Origin: Phallusia mammillata
Taxonomy: Eukaryota
DNA length: 64,000 nt
Direction: 5' to 3'
Assembly (NCBI GenBank): GCA_965637545.1
Contig: OZ281494.1
Coordinates: 682,001 to 746,000 of the forward strand
Part shown: piece by piece, positions 12,901 through 24,525 of the stretch
Numbering within the stretch: position 1 is the stretch's first letter
How the letters are laid out: each line of letters opens with the position of its first letter
The notes under the pieces: generated by a model
The model's input: only the letters and a program-made list of their open reading frames with translations
Database searches by the model: none
Told to the model about the DNA's origin: nothing
Translations under genes and position numbers: made by a program

Positions 12901-15900
12901 CAATTTCACAAACTCATTTATGAAACTAATTGCATTTCGTGTTTCGCTACTTACAAGGGAAAATATTCTTGTACCGGTTTCTCACAGCATTTTGCGGCAA
13001 CTGTGACACGTCATTCGTTCGCTGGTTAGTTTTGCTTTGTTCTTCAATCTCCTAGAAGAAGTAACAAAAATATGGAATAAATAGCACTAGTTTACTGTAG
13101 TTTATTTAACTTGACTTTACATGCAGATTTTTGCCATTGTTTTGACTCTAACCTCAAACTCGTTGGCAAACATAATTCCTGACTCAACATTTTTCTTGTA
13201 CACTTCAAACAAGTTGGTGACTTTACAGTTTCTAGATGCACCAGCAGAAGGAGATAGGTTTTCGTATGTCACTTTTCCTGTTTAAACCGTAAAGTGTGAA
13301 AGTAGTGTATATCGCTATGTATATGTGCTAATTTAATGTACAGAATTCAAAACCAAGCCAGGTAATGATTGCAAACTTTACCTGTGTGAGATGCAGCGGT
13401 AAAATTGTTTACTTGTGGATATTGATCTTTTCTCATTCTATAAAAGCAATTAAACATTACGTATTGGTTCTTTAATTGCTTTCCCTCTCTATTTGTATTT
13501 CAATTGTCTTATCAGATTTTTAGTAAATTGCCTAGAAGCCTGAATCACTGCTATTATCAATGCAATGGTTTGTCTTACATTAATATGACTCAACATGAAT
13601 TCACTTTTTAGCATTTACCCATGTTGATTGAAAGGGAGGAATAAACTGAGTGTTTGTCCCATAACTTTTCGCTTGAAATCCTTTTCAAAAAAACTTTCGT
13701 TTGAGTGTGAAATCACAATAGTACTTTTAATATCAGTTTATTCCTCTTTCTCAATCAACATGAATAAAACCTACAAAGTGAATTTGCGTCGAGTCAAATC
13801 AATATGAGACAAACCATAGCTTCGATTAAAGCTGCAACGTAAAATTTTAACACGCCAAATGAATCATACACAAACCTTTGTCTCCGACGTATAAACATAA
13901 TCACCAGCCCACCAATAACAAGTACCAGAAGCAACAGCCCGATCACCAGACCAGCAATCGTTCCATGAGTCATTGGATGCTTGGCCGTGTTATCTCGTAA
14001 ACAACTTGGTGAGGGTTTATCCGGATTTGTTACTGTTACATTGGATGTGATGTTTGTGTTTATGGAGCCAGTAACAATCACTGTGATCTATAATATCAAA
14101 AAAAGAGTGTTTGGGCGCACCAAATTATAAGAACTGTGCTTACCAGGATTTCATACGAAGTAGAGTGAATGATATCTAGGATTGCGATGGAATTATCATG
14201 ATACGGGACGGAGATGGTTTGATTCAAACCCTGGACATGAATCTCAACCTGCATGTTGATGTTAGCCAAGAAAAGTTTAACGTGGTTTTGTTTGACAACC
14301 AATAAGAACTTTTATCTATACCTGCGCTGTTAGATCGTTGTTGTTGATGAATTGATTAAGTCCATTCCAACCGACAAGCACAGTTGAAGCGTTGCATGGA
14401 AACGTCTTTGCAGTTGTGACTACTACAATGCAATTAGAAAAGTTGGTTTACAATATGGGCGGTTAATCAAGGCTTGTAGTCGTTTCTTGGAAACTATATT
14501 CACTAGAAAGTGATTAACATTAAGTTTGTTTTCCACAATTTCAGTGCAACTTTCAACCAACAAGTTTATTTTTACCTTCAGGGTAACAGCTTTGAGGGGG
14601 ATTACCCGGAGTTGTTACTGTCAGATTGGATGTGATGTTCGTGTTGATTGAACCAGTGACAATCACAGTGACCTGCGATACATACAATTATGGTTCATGT
14701 CTTGGTTGTTTTAATGTTATGTTATGAATTTTAGTAAAACAGAGAGTGTATACTGAAAACGCTCAAAAGAAAGAGGTTCATTACCTGAATTTCATACCAA
14801 GAAGAGTGAATGAGATTTTCTATTATTGTCGAATTGTCAGAATAAGGGACAGAGTTTGTTTGGTGTGAACCATGAACTTGAACCACAACCTGCATGTGTT
14901 TAGGATTCAAAAACAATTCAACAAAACACAAACTTTGTTTTAAACCTGCGCTGTTAAATCGTTGTTGTTGATGAATTGATCAAGTCCGGTCCAACTGACA
15001 AGCACAATTGAAGCGTTGCATGGAATTGTCTCTACAGTCGCGTTTACTAAGAAAGTCATAGATAAGTTATAAACACATAAAGTTTATCAAAATTATGAAC
15101 ACCTTGGCTTACCTGGAGGATAGCAAGTCGATGGGAGATTTTCATAAGTTGTTACTGGCATGGAACTAGAAACGTTAGTGTTTATGCAACCCATTAGCAT
15201 TGCAGTGAGCTGTGAATATCAAAGTTGTTTAAAGTTGTTATTTATGAAGGACTCCAGTACAAATAGATAAACTTAGATGAACAGTTTAGGCCTAGGGCAA
15301 TTTTTATTTTTGGTTGCATCATTCGATAATGAAAATGTTTAAGTGGTGGCTGCTCGAACCTATCAAGCAACATAAATTGAATTCAAATTTGGGTTAGAAG
15401 GGCATGTTTGTCGTTTATTGTATTTCAATCGATTTGATTTGTTTGGTGAATATTTTTAACCTACTTACAGTGAAGCTATACTGTGTTTCGAAGCTTAGGT
15501 TTCCAATGGTTGTGTTTTGATCTGCATACGGTGCTATGATTCTCTTGTGTGTTTCCAAAACGTAAATTTCAACCTGAATGCAATGTTTGTAAAAAGGCAT
15601 GACACCTGCATGCCAAAAAACTTAATGCGATGAAATATAACCTTTGCATTGAGATTATTATTATTGATGAATTGATTAAGTCCAGTCCAACTGACAAGCA
15701 CAGTTGATGCGTTGCATTTAGATTTCTTTACATAAACCTGGACTAAATGTGGATAAAAAGGTTAAATGTCCATGGCTGCAGAGGAACCAGAAAAAGCTGT
15801 AATAATTCGCCAAAAAACGCCAGAACAAGCACTGTATCATTGAAAAACAAATCATCAAAACGCTAAAGATATTAGGAACCCTAATCTGTAATTAGAACAA

Positions 15901-17895
15901 AATTGTATTATTTAGATATATGTAAGTGCACAAACGAATAAAAAAGATTGGAGAATCATTTTATGAAGCTCTGTCCATCGTTTACCTGAGCAAAATAATT
16001 TGTTTTAAAATTCTCACATGTTACTTGACAAGCGTAGTAAGCCGGTTCCCCACTGCAGTTCATGCTTGACTGATCCCATCCGATCCCATAATGCAACGCT
16101 CCCTGCTGGCAAGTTGTAACGTTGGAAACAGGAAAGTTTGCCGGAGATCCGTCGCTCCAAAACCAACCATTTGACGACGTGTTATAACGAGCTCCAATAA
16201 GAATCCTAATGTCTAGAACAACATTTCCGAATCTTATTTAAAAATATAAATAAAAGATCGGTAAATATTTTCTTTTTGTGTATGTTTTCAAACCAAACGC
16301 TCACTTGGTGCCAGAAACGATCCCTCGTATTTTGTAAAAGTTTGATACGGCTCATTGACACTGCGTAACTTGCTTGAATATGGTTGCTGCGTTTTCCTTC
16401 CATAGTTAAATATTTCTTTTTGAAGTTTTTCTATGTTAGTGTTGGAATACAAGGAATACTGGAAATTCCAGCCTGCAAACAGTACAGATTTCGTTGCAGG
16501 TCAACACTATGTAGGTTTTTGTTTGACTACAGTAATAAAGATTAAAGGAAAACGTATTAGTTTAAACGGGATGAATAGCAAGATAGTAATAAATAAAAAG
16601 TGTAAGTGGTGAGTTATACAAAAAAATCATTTTATTGGAAATCTACACGCTTTAAATAAAACAGTATAAACAGCATTTTGCCATTCATGACTAATTTTGT
16701 TTCGGTTGTTGTTGGAGAATTTAGAGACCTTAGTGTGTTTGTTGCATTGTGTAATGTTTTGCTCAATTTAGGCCTCAACGAAAACAATTATTACAACTTA
16801 AAAATTTTAGCACCGACATTGTGGAACGTTAATAAAGCTGAGTAAAACGTAAACCTTTGACCCCACAGTATCTTCCAATGGTCACATTCCACCTCTCAAT
16901 GCCTTCGAGCGAAACAAAAGAACAGAAGCAAATTTTTTGACTATGAGTTTCAGGATTGCTGCTGGATAATACTTGGTTTAACTCTTTGTATCAATTAGTT
17001 TGTAAGTTATTTAAAAGTGTCACCTTTTGTACAAGTCGAAATACCACAGATGTCCAAGCGACTTTGTACTAGTCCAACCCACTTCAGTCGGATTTTTTGA
17101 GTATTTGTATCGTCTAGGATCGGTGGTATTGTAAAAAATATAAACTGTTTCTAAATCTGAAAAAAACGTTACGATTACTTGCTTTTTCTCTAATCTGTGG
17201 CAAGAATGATGTAAAATTGGTTGATTTAAAGCTAACTTTATGCCTAACTATGGTTACAACATAGTCTGTCGTTTAACTATTAACTACTATAATTACAATA
17301 TCATTGTTTTTCTTTACGAAACCTGTTGTGTATTTGTCTGTCATGAGTTGATTGAGAGTTGTGTTGATCTGTGGGTCATCAGTCATTGCAAGATTTCCAC
17401 CCAGCAAAGAACATTTCTCCTGTGCAGTGTTTGTATCCACAAGATCGTCAGATAATATCAACACACTGTCCTTCACTGCTTTCAGTGTCTTGTTGCAACC
17501 TTAAAATAAAAGTGTTCACGTTTTCAGGAGATTGGTGTGTTTGCTATTGTTTGGCTTTCATGATCTTGTTGTAGCTTGAAATATATTTACTAGTGTTCAA
17601 TTCAAATCACTTGCACCTTATGTTTGGGAACTAATCGTTTGTTCTTTACTTTCGCTTAAAATGTCACATCTTGAGCTTTTAGTTTAAATTACACAAAACC
17701 TAAGCAAAAATTACAACATGCAGAAGAGCAACATCTTCCAATGATCGATCAGTAATCTTGCACCATCACCTTTTGTTTTACAAATTGTACCCACATTGTT
17801 GTACATTATTGTTGGACCTACTTACTATTGTATTGTCCCGTCGAACACTGAATCAAAACCAAAACCAAAATATTACTTAGGTTATTTCCCTTCAT
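9968..17895 (-). CDS. Paralog B: complete receptor-type protein tyrosine phosphatase (signal, split CTLD, 3xFN3-like, TM, D1, D2); 30 exons, about 1206 aa by hand count
   Basis: Exons: 17826-17895; 17323-17499; 17024-17156; 16855-16958; 16305-16472; 16018-16212. FN3: 15642-15742, 15469-15573, 15113-15209, 14946-15046, 14785-14889, 14576-14672, 14322-14422, 14144-14248. TM: 13876-14087. Juxtamembrane: 13382-13437, 13153-13277. D1: 12955-13051 (NRYKNIFP), 12625-12827 (DYINA, FIATQGP), 12400-12528 (KCEQYWP), 11989-12128 (WPDHG, VHCS), 11795-11930 (AGVGRTG), 11596-11696. D2: 11387-11475, 11252-11325, 11013-11138, 10832-10948, 10581-10726, 10196-10331, 9968-10042 (FDTYSNFK*). All phases join with no internal stop. 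Confidence 0.93.
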
Positions 17896-19010
17896 TGCAG
17901 CGTCTGTTTCGGTATCGACTAAAAACAATACACAAATGATGTTTATCCTGGTAAAAGAGGTAAACGTGCTGATAAACTCAATCATGTTAACGACACGACT
18001 TCGTATACATCCTGGCCTAACTTTACTATAGACTCACAAAACGTTTCTACATTTGCTTGCTCTGCATTTGTGACTAACGAAGACTTGTTGCTTTACCTCT
18101 GACTAATTGTCTCTACTTCAGTTTCTTGTACGTAATAAATATGATTTATTGCATCGAATGCATCACGATACCACTGACTGTAATTTGAACTAGTTACAAG
18201 GGTTAGCTCTGGAGCATTTGTACAGAGCTACGATTTCGTCATACGCGTCACATTTCCTCATGCATATATCACAGTACGAAGGTTTGCACAATCTTCAAAC
18301 TGAATCACGCAGTTTCTTGTAACATGACCCAGACTAGAAAACTTTGCAGTAGCCGCTGTAATTCGAATATTACCAATCAGTAGCGACTTACTTACCATAC
18401 CCTATGAAATTCCGTTCGAATGGAAATATACAAACCGTAAGCTTTGTCTGATAATTTACGTTTAATTATGTAAGATGTATATTTGTCGAGGGTGGAACCT
18501 GTGAAAATATTCAAGGCTAGTGAGTTTAACACGTAGCAGTAAACTTATCTTACTCCATTTTCTTTCCTGTTTTTATATACGTTTAGAAAGCTGAATAAAC
18601 GGCATGGCACCGAAAAAACGCACATGCGGTTTGTGGACTTGTGTCTTCCAAGCCTTCAAGTTTTGCAGAATGTAATAAATGGCCATATAAGTATTGAAGT
18701 TAAATAATTATTAAGTCACACACACTCTATGGCGCCCTCAGTGTTGTTGTATCTTGAACTTCAGTATTTAAACGTGGCAGTTTCGAGCGGGTTGTTGGTG
18801 TCTTGTGAAGGTCACGCGTGATTTTTCTGATGGTTTTCATGACGGTAAGCGAAAGTTGTGATTAAATTGTTTTCAGCCTTAATATATATTTTTTCAATGT
18901 GTCTTTTGAAAGTCAATCTAGTACGGTGTTGTTTCGTTGCATGTTTTTCTTTTGTACTAAATTGATAATCTTGCGTACTCTATTCCGACAAAGTACTGGT
19001 AGACCCCTTT

Positions 19011-22000
19011 TTATTTTGTTGGTGCAAGTAGCACGTCATTTGCTAAGCTGTACAAAATAAAATAAAAACGAAATTTTAACTCTATGCTATGTGGCAACTC
19101 TATGCGTGTGTCTCGCTTCTTAAGTAATTTACCATTTGTAGGCCTGTCAGAAACAAAATAAGCTCGATTTAAATTCAATTAACTTATATACCTTACTCTA
19201 AGTATCAGCCTAAGAATTCAAATTCTGACGTAGTTTGAGAATGCATTGAAACAAAATGACAGAAGATCACCTCTCAAAATTGATAAATGACAATAATACA
19301 TTGTTACATAAACTTATCTATCTTAAACTTTCAATTAAAAACATTGACCTGTGTGTTCGGCGCACAAACATGACCACCAGGCCAACATTGACAAGTACCA
19401 GAAGCAACAGTCCGATCACCATACCAGCAATCATTCCAACTTTAGTTGCGTAATCTGCTGTGTTATCTCCAGGAAAACAGCTTGGTGGGGGATCACCCGG
19501 AGTTGTGATATTTGTGTTGATTGAACCGGTGACAATCACTGTGACCTGCGATGTATCAAAAAATATGTGTCGGGTCTGGGTTACTTTGATCTTATGTTAC
19601 GTAGAGAGTTATTCTTTTTAATTTTCTGCCAAAACAGGGAGTGAATTTTGAAAGCGAACAAAATAAAAAGTGTTATTACCTGCATTTCATAGAAGGTAGA
19701 GTAATTGAGACCTTCGAGTACTGTAAAATTGTCTGAATACGGATATGAGATGGTTTGGTGCGAACCATGGACTTGAACCTCAACCTGAATGCAATTGGGT
19801 GCAATGAAGGATTCAAATAACAGTTCAACAAACCCGAAACTTTGTTTTCCACCTGCGATATTAGGTCGTTTCCGTTGATTAATAGATCAAGTCCGGTCCA
19901 TTTGACTAGCACGGTTGAAGGGTTGCATGGAAATGTCTCTGCACTCGTGTTTACTTCGAAAATCATTGGTAAGGTTTGAAATTCAAATTCCACATTTTTA
20001 CAAACCACGTTTGCTTACTTTGAGGATAGCAACTTGATGGGGGATTTTCATTAGTTGTTACTGTTTTTGTTGTTGAGACGTTGACGTTTATGCATCCTGT
20101 AAGCGTTGCAATGATCTGAATATCAAAGTTGTTTGAAGTTGTTGTTTTTAAAAGGTTCCAGTTTAAACAGTTAAGTTTAAAAGAATCAAACAGTTCTTGT
20201 ATGTTTTACTTTAGTTACATTATTTGGTAATTAATATAAGCTTAGTTGTTTGGTTGTCTATCGGCTTCAACTTTGCCATCGAACGAAATACATTGCATTC
20301 AAGTATGTTTTGACAGCGATATATTTCAGATAGATGCAAACTTTTCCAGTGATTAATTTGCACTACTTACAGTGATCTTATATTCTGTTCCAAAGCTTAG
20401 GTTTCCAATTGTTGTGTTTTGATCTGCATACGATGCTAAGATGGTCTTGTTTACTCCCAAAACAAAAATTTCAACCTAAATACAACATTTGTAAAAAGGC
20501 ATAACACCTGCATGTTTAAAAAAACTTGATGTGATGAATCAATACCTTTGCATTGAGATTGTTATCGTTGATGAATTGATTAAGTCCAGTCCAACTGACA
20601 ACCACAGTTGATGCGTTGCATTTGGATTTCTTTACACCAGCCTTAACTATAGGTTGGTTAAAAGATTATATGACTTACTGGAATAATACAACGCTGTAAT
20701 ATCTTGCAAGAAACTTCACAATGAAGTCATGCAATGTATCATTTAAAAATCATCAAATCGCAAAATATATTAGAAATGCTTTTCTTGTAATCTGAACACA
20801 ATCGTTTTGTTTTGATCTGTTAGTACAGAAACAAATCTAAACAATACAGAGATATTGTGTGAAGTCTCTCGTTTACCTGACCTAAACGAATGTGTTTCGT
20901 AATTACTCACATTTTACTTGGCAACCGTAGTAAGCCGGTTCCCCACTGCAGTTTATGCTTGACTGCTCCCATCCGATCCCATAATGCAACGCTCCCTGCT
21001 GGCAAGCTGTAACGTTGGAAACTGGTAAGTTTGCCGGAGAGCCGTCGCTCCAATACCAGCCGTTCACAGACGCATTGTAATGAGCTCCGATTAAGAGGTT
21101 AATGTCTGGAAAAATTTGCAAATCTTACTTAAAAATATAAACAACAAAATCGTTTTTTGTCTTTGTATGTTGTCAAACCAAACGCTCACTTGGTGCCAGA
21201 AACGATCCGTCATATTTTTTGAAGTTCTCATACGTCTGATGGACACTTTGCAACTTGCTTGAAGAAGGCGGTGTATATCTTCCGTAGGTAAATATTTCTT
21301 TTTTGCGCGTCAATGTGTTAAATTCGGAAAATAAGGAATACCGGAATTGCCATCCTGAAAGCAGTACAGATTTAGTTGCAATTCAACCCAATGCAAAAAG
21401 GTTTTTGTTTGACCACGGTAATGAAGATGCAAAGGAGAAGGTATTAGGAACACGGGATGAATGGCAAGATAATATCAAAAAAGTGTAAGTTAGGCATGCC
21501 GAAAAAAAATTATTGGAAAACTACACGATTTAAATAAAACAGTATAATCAGCATTTTGCTATTTATTAACAATTTTGTTTCGGTTGTTGGAGAATTAAGA
21601 GACCGTAGTGTGTTTGTTGCCTTGTGTAATGTTTTGAGTAAGTTGAGACATCAATAAGAACATTTAATACAACAGTTTGCTATCTTTGTGTAAAATGTTA
21701 GTACCATCGTTTTGTGGTGGAACGTTAATAGTTACTTAAACACAAACCATTACGGGCACAGGTTCTTCCAATGGTCACATTCCACCTCTCTGTGTCGCCT
21801 CTGATTTCATAATTGCAGAAGTAAATTTCTTGGCTATGAATTCCAGGATTGCTGCTGGACAATAGTATGTTTAACTGTTTGTATCAATTGGTTTGTATTT
21901 AAAACTGTCACCTTTTATACAAATCGAAATACCACAGATGTCCAAGAGATTTTGTACTTTTCCAACCCACTTCAGCGGCATTCTTTGAGTATTTGTATCG

Positions 22001-22746
22001 TATTGGATCGGCGGGATTGTAAAAAATATAAACTCTCTCTAAATCTAAACGATACTACGATTACGTGATTTTTCTCTATTCTAAAAATAATGTACAATGT
22101 GTTCATTTAAAGCTAAGCTTATACGGAACTATGGTTACAACATAGTCTGTTGTTGAAATATAATCTATTTACTGTTTCATTATTTTACATCCTAACCTGT
22201 TGTGTATTTGTCTGTCATGAGTTGAGTGAGAGTTGTGTTGATCTGTGGGTCATCAGTCATTGCAAGATTTCCACCCAGCAAAGAACATTTCTCCTGTGCA
22301 GAGTTTGCATCCACAAGATCGTCAGATAATATCAACACACTGTCCTTTACTGCTTTCAGTGTCTTGTTGCAACCTGAAAGTAAAATCGTATGCGTTTTCT
22401 GGAGATTGGTATGTTTCTCCTTCATTGCTTTCATGATTTGTTGTATTTAATCGGTAATTTAAATCCCTCGAGCCATTGCTTTTTTTAAATTATTCGTTTA
22501 TTCTATGCCTTAGCTTTAGGTGATACCTCTTGAGCTTCTAGATTAAAAATGCACAAAACCTTAAAAAAAATTAACATCCACACGTGCAACACCTTTCAGT
22601 CAGTAATGTTGCTCCATTACTATTTGTTTTATCAATTGTTCTTACATTATTATTGGTTTTTGTTGGACATACTTACTGTTGCTTTGTCCCGTCGAGTACT
22701 GAATCAAAACCAAAACCAAAATATTACTTAGATAATTTCCCTTCAT
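19011..22746 (-). CDS. Paralog B': CTLD-2xFN3-TM receptor with no phosphatase domains (short tail)
   Basis: Signal exon 22677-22746 (MKGNYLSNILVLVLIQYSTGQSN); CTLD/insert exons ~22198-22374, 21911-22043, 21748-21857, 21190-21354, 20910-21104; FN3 exons between 19680 and 20650; TM exon 19349-19545. All open and in phase. No PTP exon lies between the TM exon and the paralog-B upstream region. The terminal exon ending at 19011 (SLANDVLLAPTK*) is tentative. Confidence 0.8.
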
Positions 22747-24525
22747 TGCTGACCCTGTTTCTGTATCTACTAAAAACAATACACAAACGATGTTTAGTCA
22801 AGTGGTTGTTTTATAATAAACTCATATTACGGACACGACTTCGTATACATCCTGGAATAACGATACAATAGACTTACGTAACAGTTTCCACGTTTGCTTG
22901 CTCGGGATTTGTAATTAACGGAGACTTGTTGCTTTCCCTCCGACTAATTGTCTTTAATTCAGTTTCTTGAACATAATAGAAATGATTCACTGCATCGAAT
23001 GCATCACGCTACCACTGACTGTAGTTTGAACTCGTTACCGGGGTTAGCTCTGGAGCAGTTATACAGAGTAACGATTTCGTCATACGCGTCATATTTCATC
23101 ATGCATACATCACAGTACGCAGGCTTGCACAATCTTCAAACTGAATAATTAGGTTTGTTATAACATGACCTAGACGAGAATACTTTGCAGTAGCCTCTGT
23201 ATTTCGAATATTAGCAACAGTAGCAACTTATTTGCCATATCCTTTGGAATTTCTTTTGCATGAAAATATACAAACAGTAAGTTTTGTGCGTTGTCTGCCT
23301 CGTGGTACTGCAATTTTTTTCTGAGAGTTATTTCAGAAGCAAACTGGGCCTTTTCTCTTCTTTAGCTTCGTAACTATATTCTGCATGTTTGCCACTGTCT
23401 ATAATTTGATGAAAGTTTACCAGACAATGTGCTGTGTGAAAGAATATATATGCCGAAATTTAATTGATTTGGCTTCGGTTTCCTATGACTCAAACCGTCC
23501 ATTTCAACGTATATTTGCTTTGGATAAAATCCGATAACATGTAAGATGCGTTTAAAGTATTCATCCAGTCTCTTTGTCACTTCCGAGTGGTAAACGTAGG
23601 GTATAAAGTAGTTCCGGGTGACACAATACATGCGGTACTTGATGATAGAGTCATAATGGAAAAGTACGAAGTAATTACAAGCGAAATTGGGACGGAACCC
23701 GAAACTACAAGCCCAAAGCACAGCCTTACCATTAATTTGTTAAAATTTAAGCGCGAATGACGCCGAAACTTACAAATTCTAACGTGAAAATTAAGACACT
23801 TGAATTAGACTTCAACCTTATAAGTCCAACAGGAAACACCCGACTAACATTTATATCAGTTGAAAGAAGTATGTGAGTGTTTTTTTTTGGCAAAGACTGA
23901 TGCCAAGTATTTGCAGTGAACGTAACTGGTCACAAACAACCACCTTACGGCACCTACTGTCCTTGCAACTCATATACTGGTAGAAATGCTTTAACTCGCA
24001 AAGATTTGATTGTAGAACACTCGTTCGATGTGTTCACCTATGTTGTGGATCCATACATGCTCACAAAACATCAGCTACTAAACTTCATTTTTAAGTATAT
24101 TGCTTTTAGACAAAAGCGTTTCAAAATCTTGAAACGGGTAATTGAGCAGTAGTGTAGTTTACATAGCCCCGATGACAAATCTAATGATTCATAAATTAAC
24201 ATAATATTTGTGGACAATTTGCATAGGTTTGTAAAAAGTTTTTCGTTCTACCTTAATACAATGAAATAAACAAACCATCATCTACAGCAGTTCAATGCTA
24301 GAGGATTGACTAACAATGAAAACGCACTTTTTAGGCGACAACGACAGTTCGATACACACGAACGTAAACATGATAAAGAGGCCGCCACAAGTAGTTTGTT
24401 TCACGAACAAAAAACTTTTCAACTCATGACTCACTTTGCTCATTTTGTCGAACAAAAACTCAAATCGTCACATATATGTAATCGCTCGTAACATATTTCT
24501 AGTATAGTTAACTTCAATTTAAAGT

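Noticed and set aside
12364-12909. ORF-track 181-aa protein as a single-exon gene
   Set aside because: It is two D1 exons plus an intron that happens to stay open. The same applies to many ORFs starting at non-ATG codons.
14576-15209. Recurring near-identical ~100-bp blocks as CRISPR or satellite repeats
   Set aside because: They are duplicated FN3 exons with splice sites. The DNA is eukaryotic, with no repeat-spacer periodicity or cas genes.
9968-17895. Calling the phosphatases CD45/PTPRC or PTPRA orthologues
   Set aside because: No acidic D2 insert as in CD45, and the ectodomain is unlike either gene. Orthology needs a phylogeny, so no gene symbol is given.
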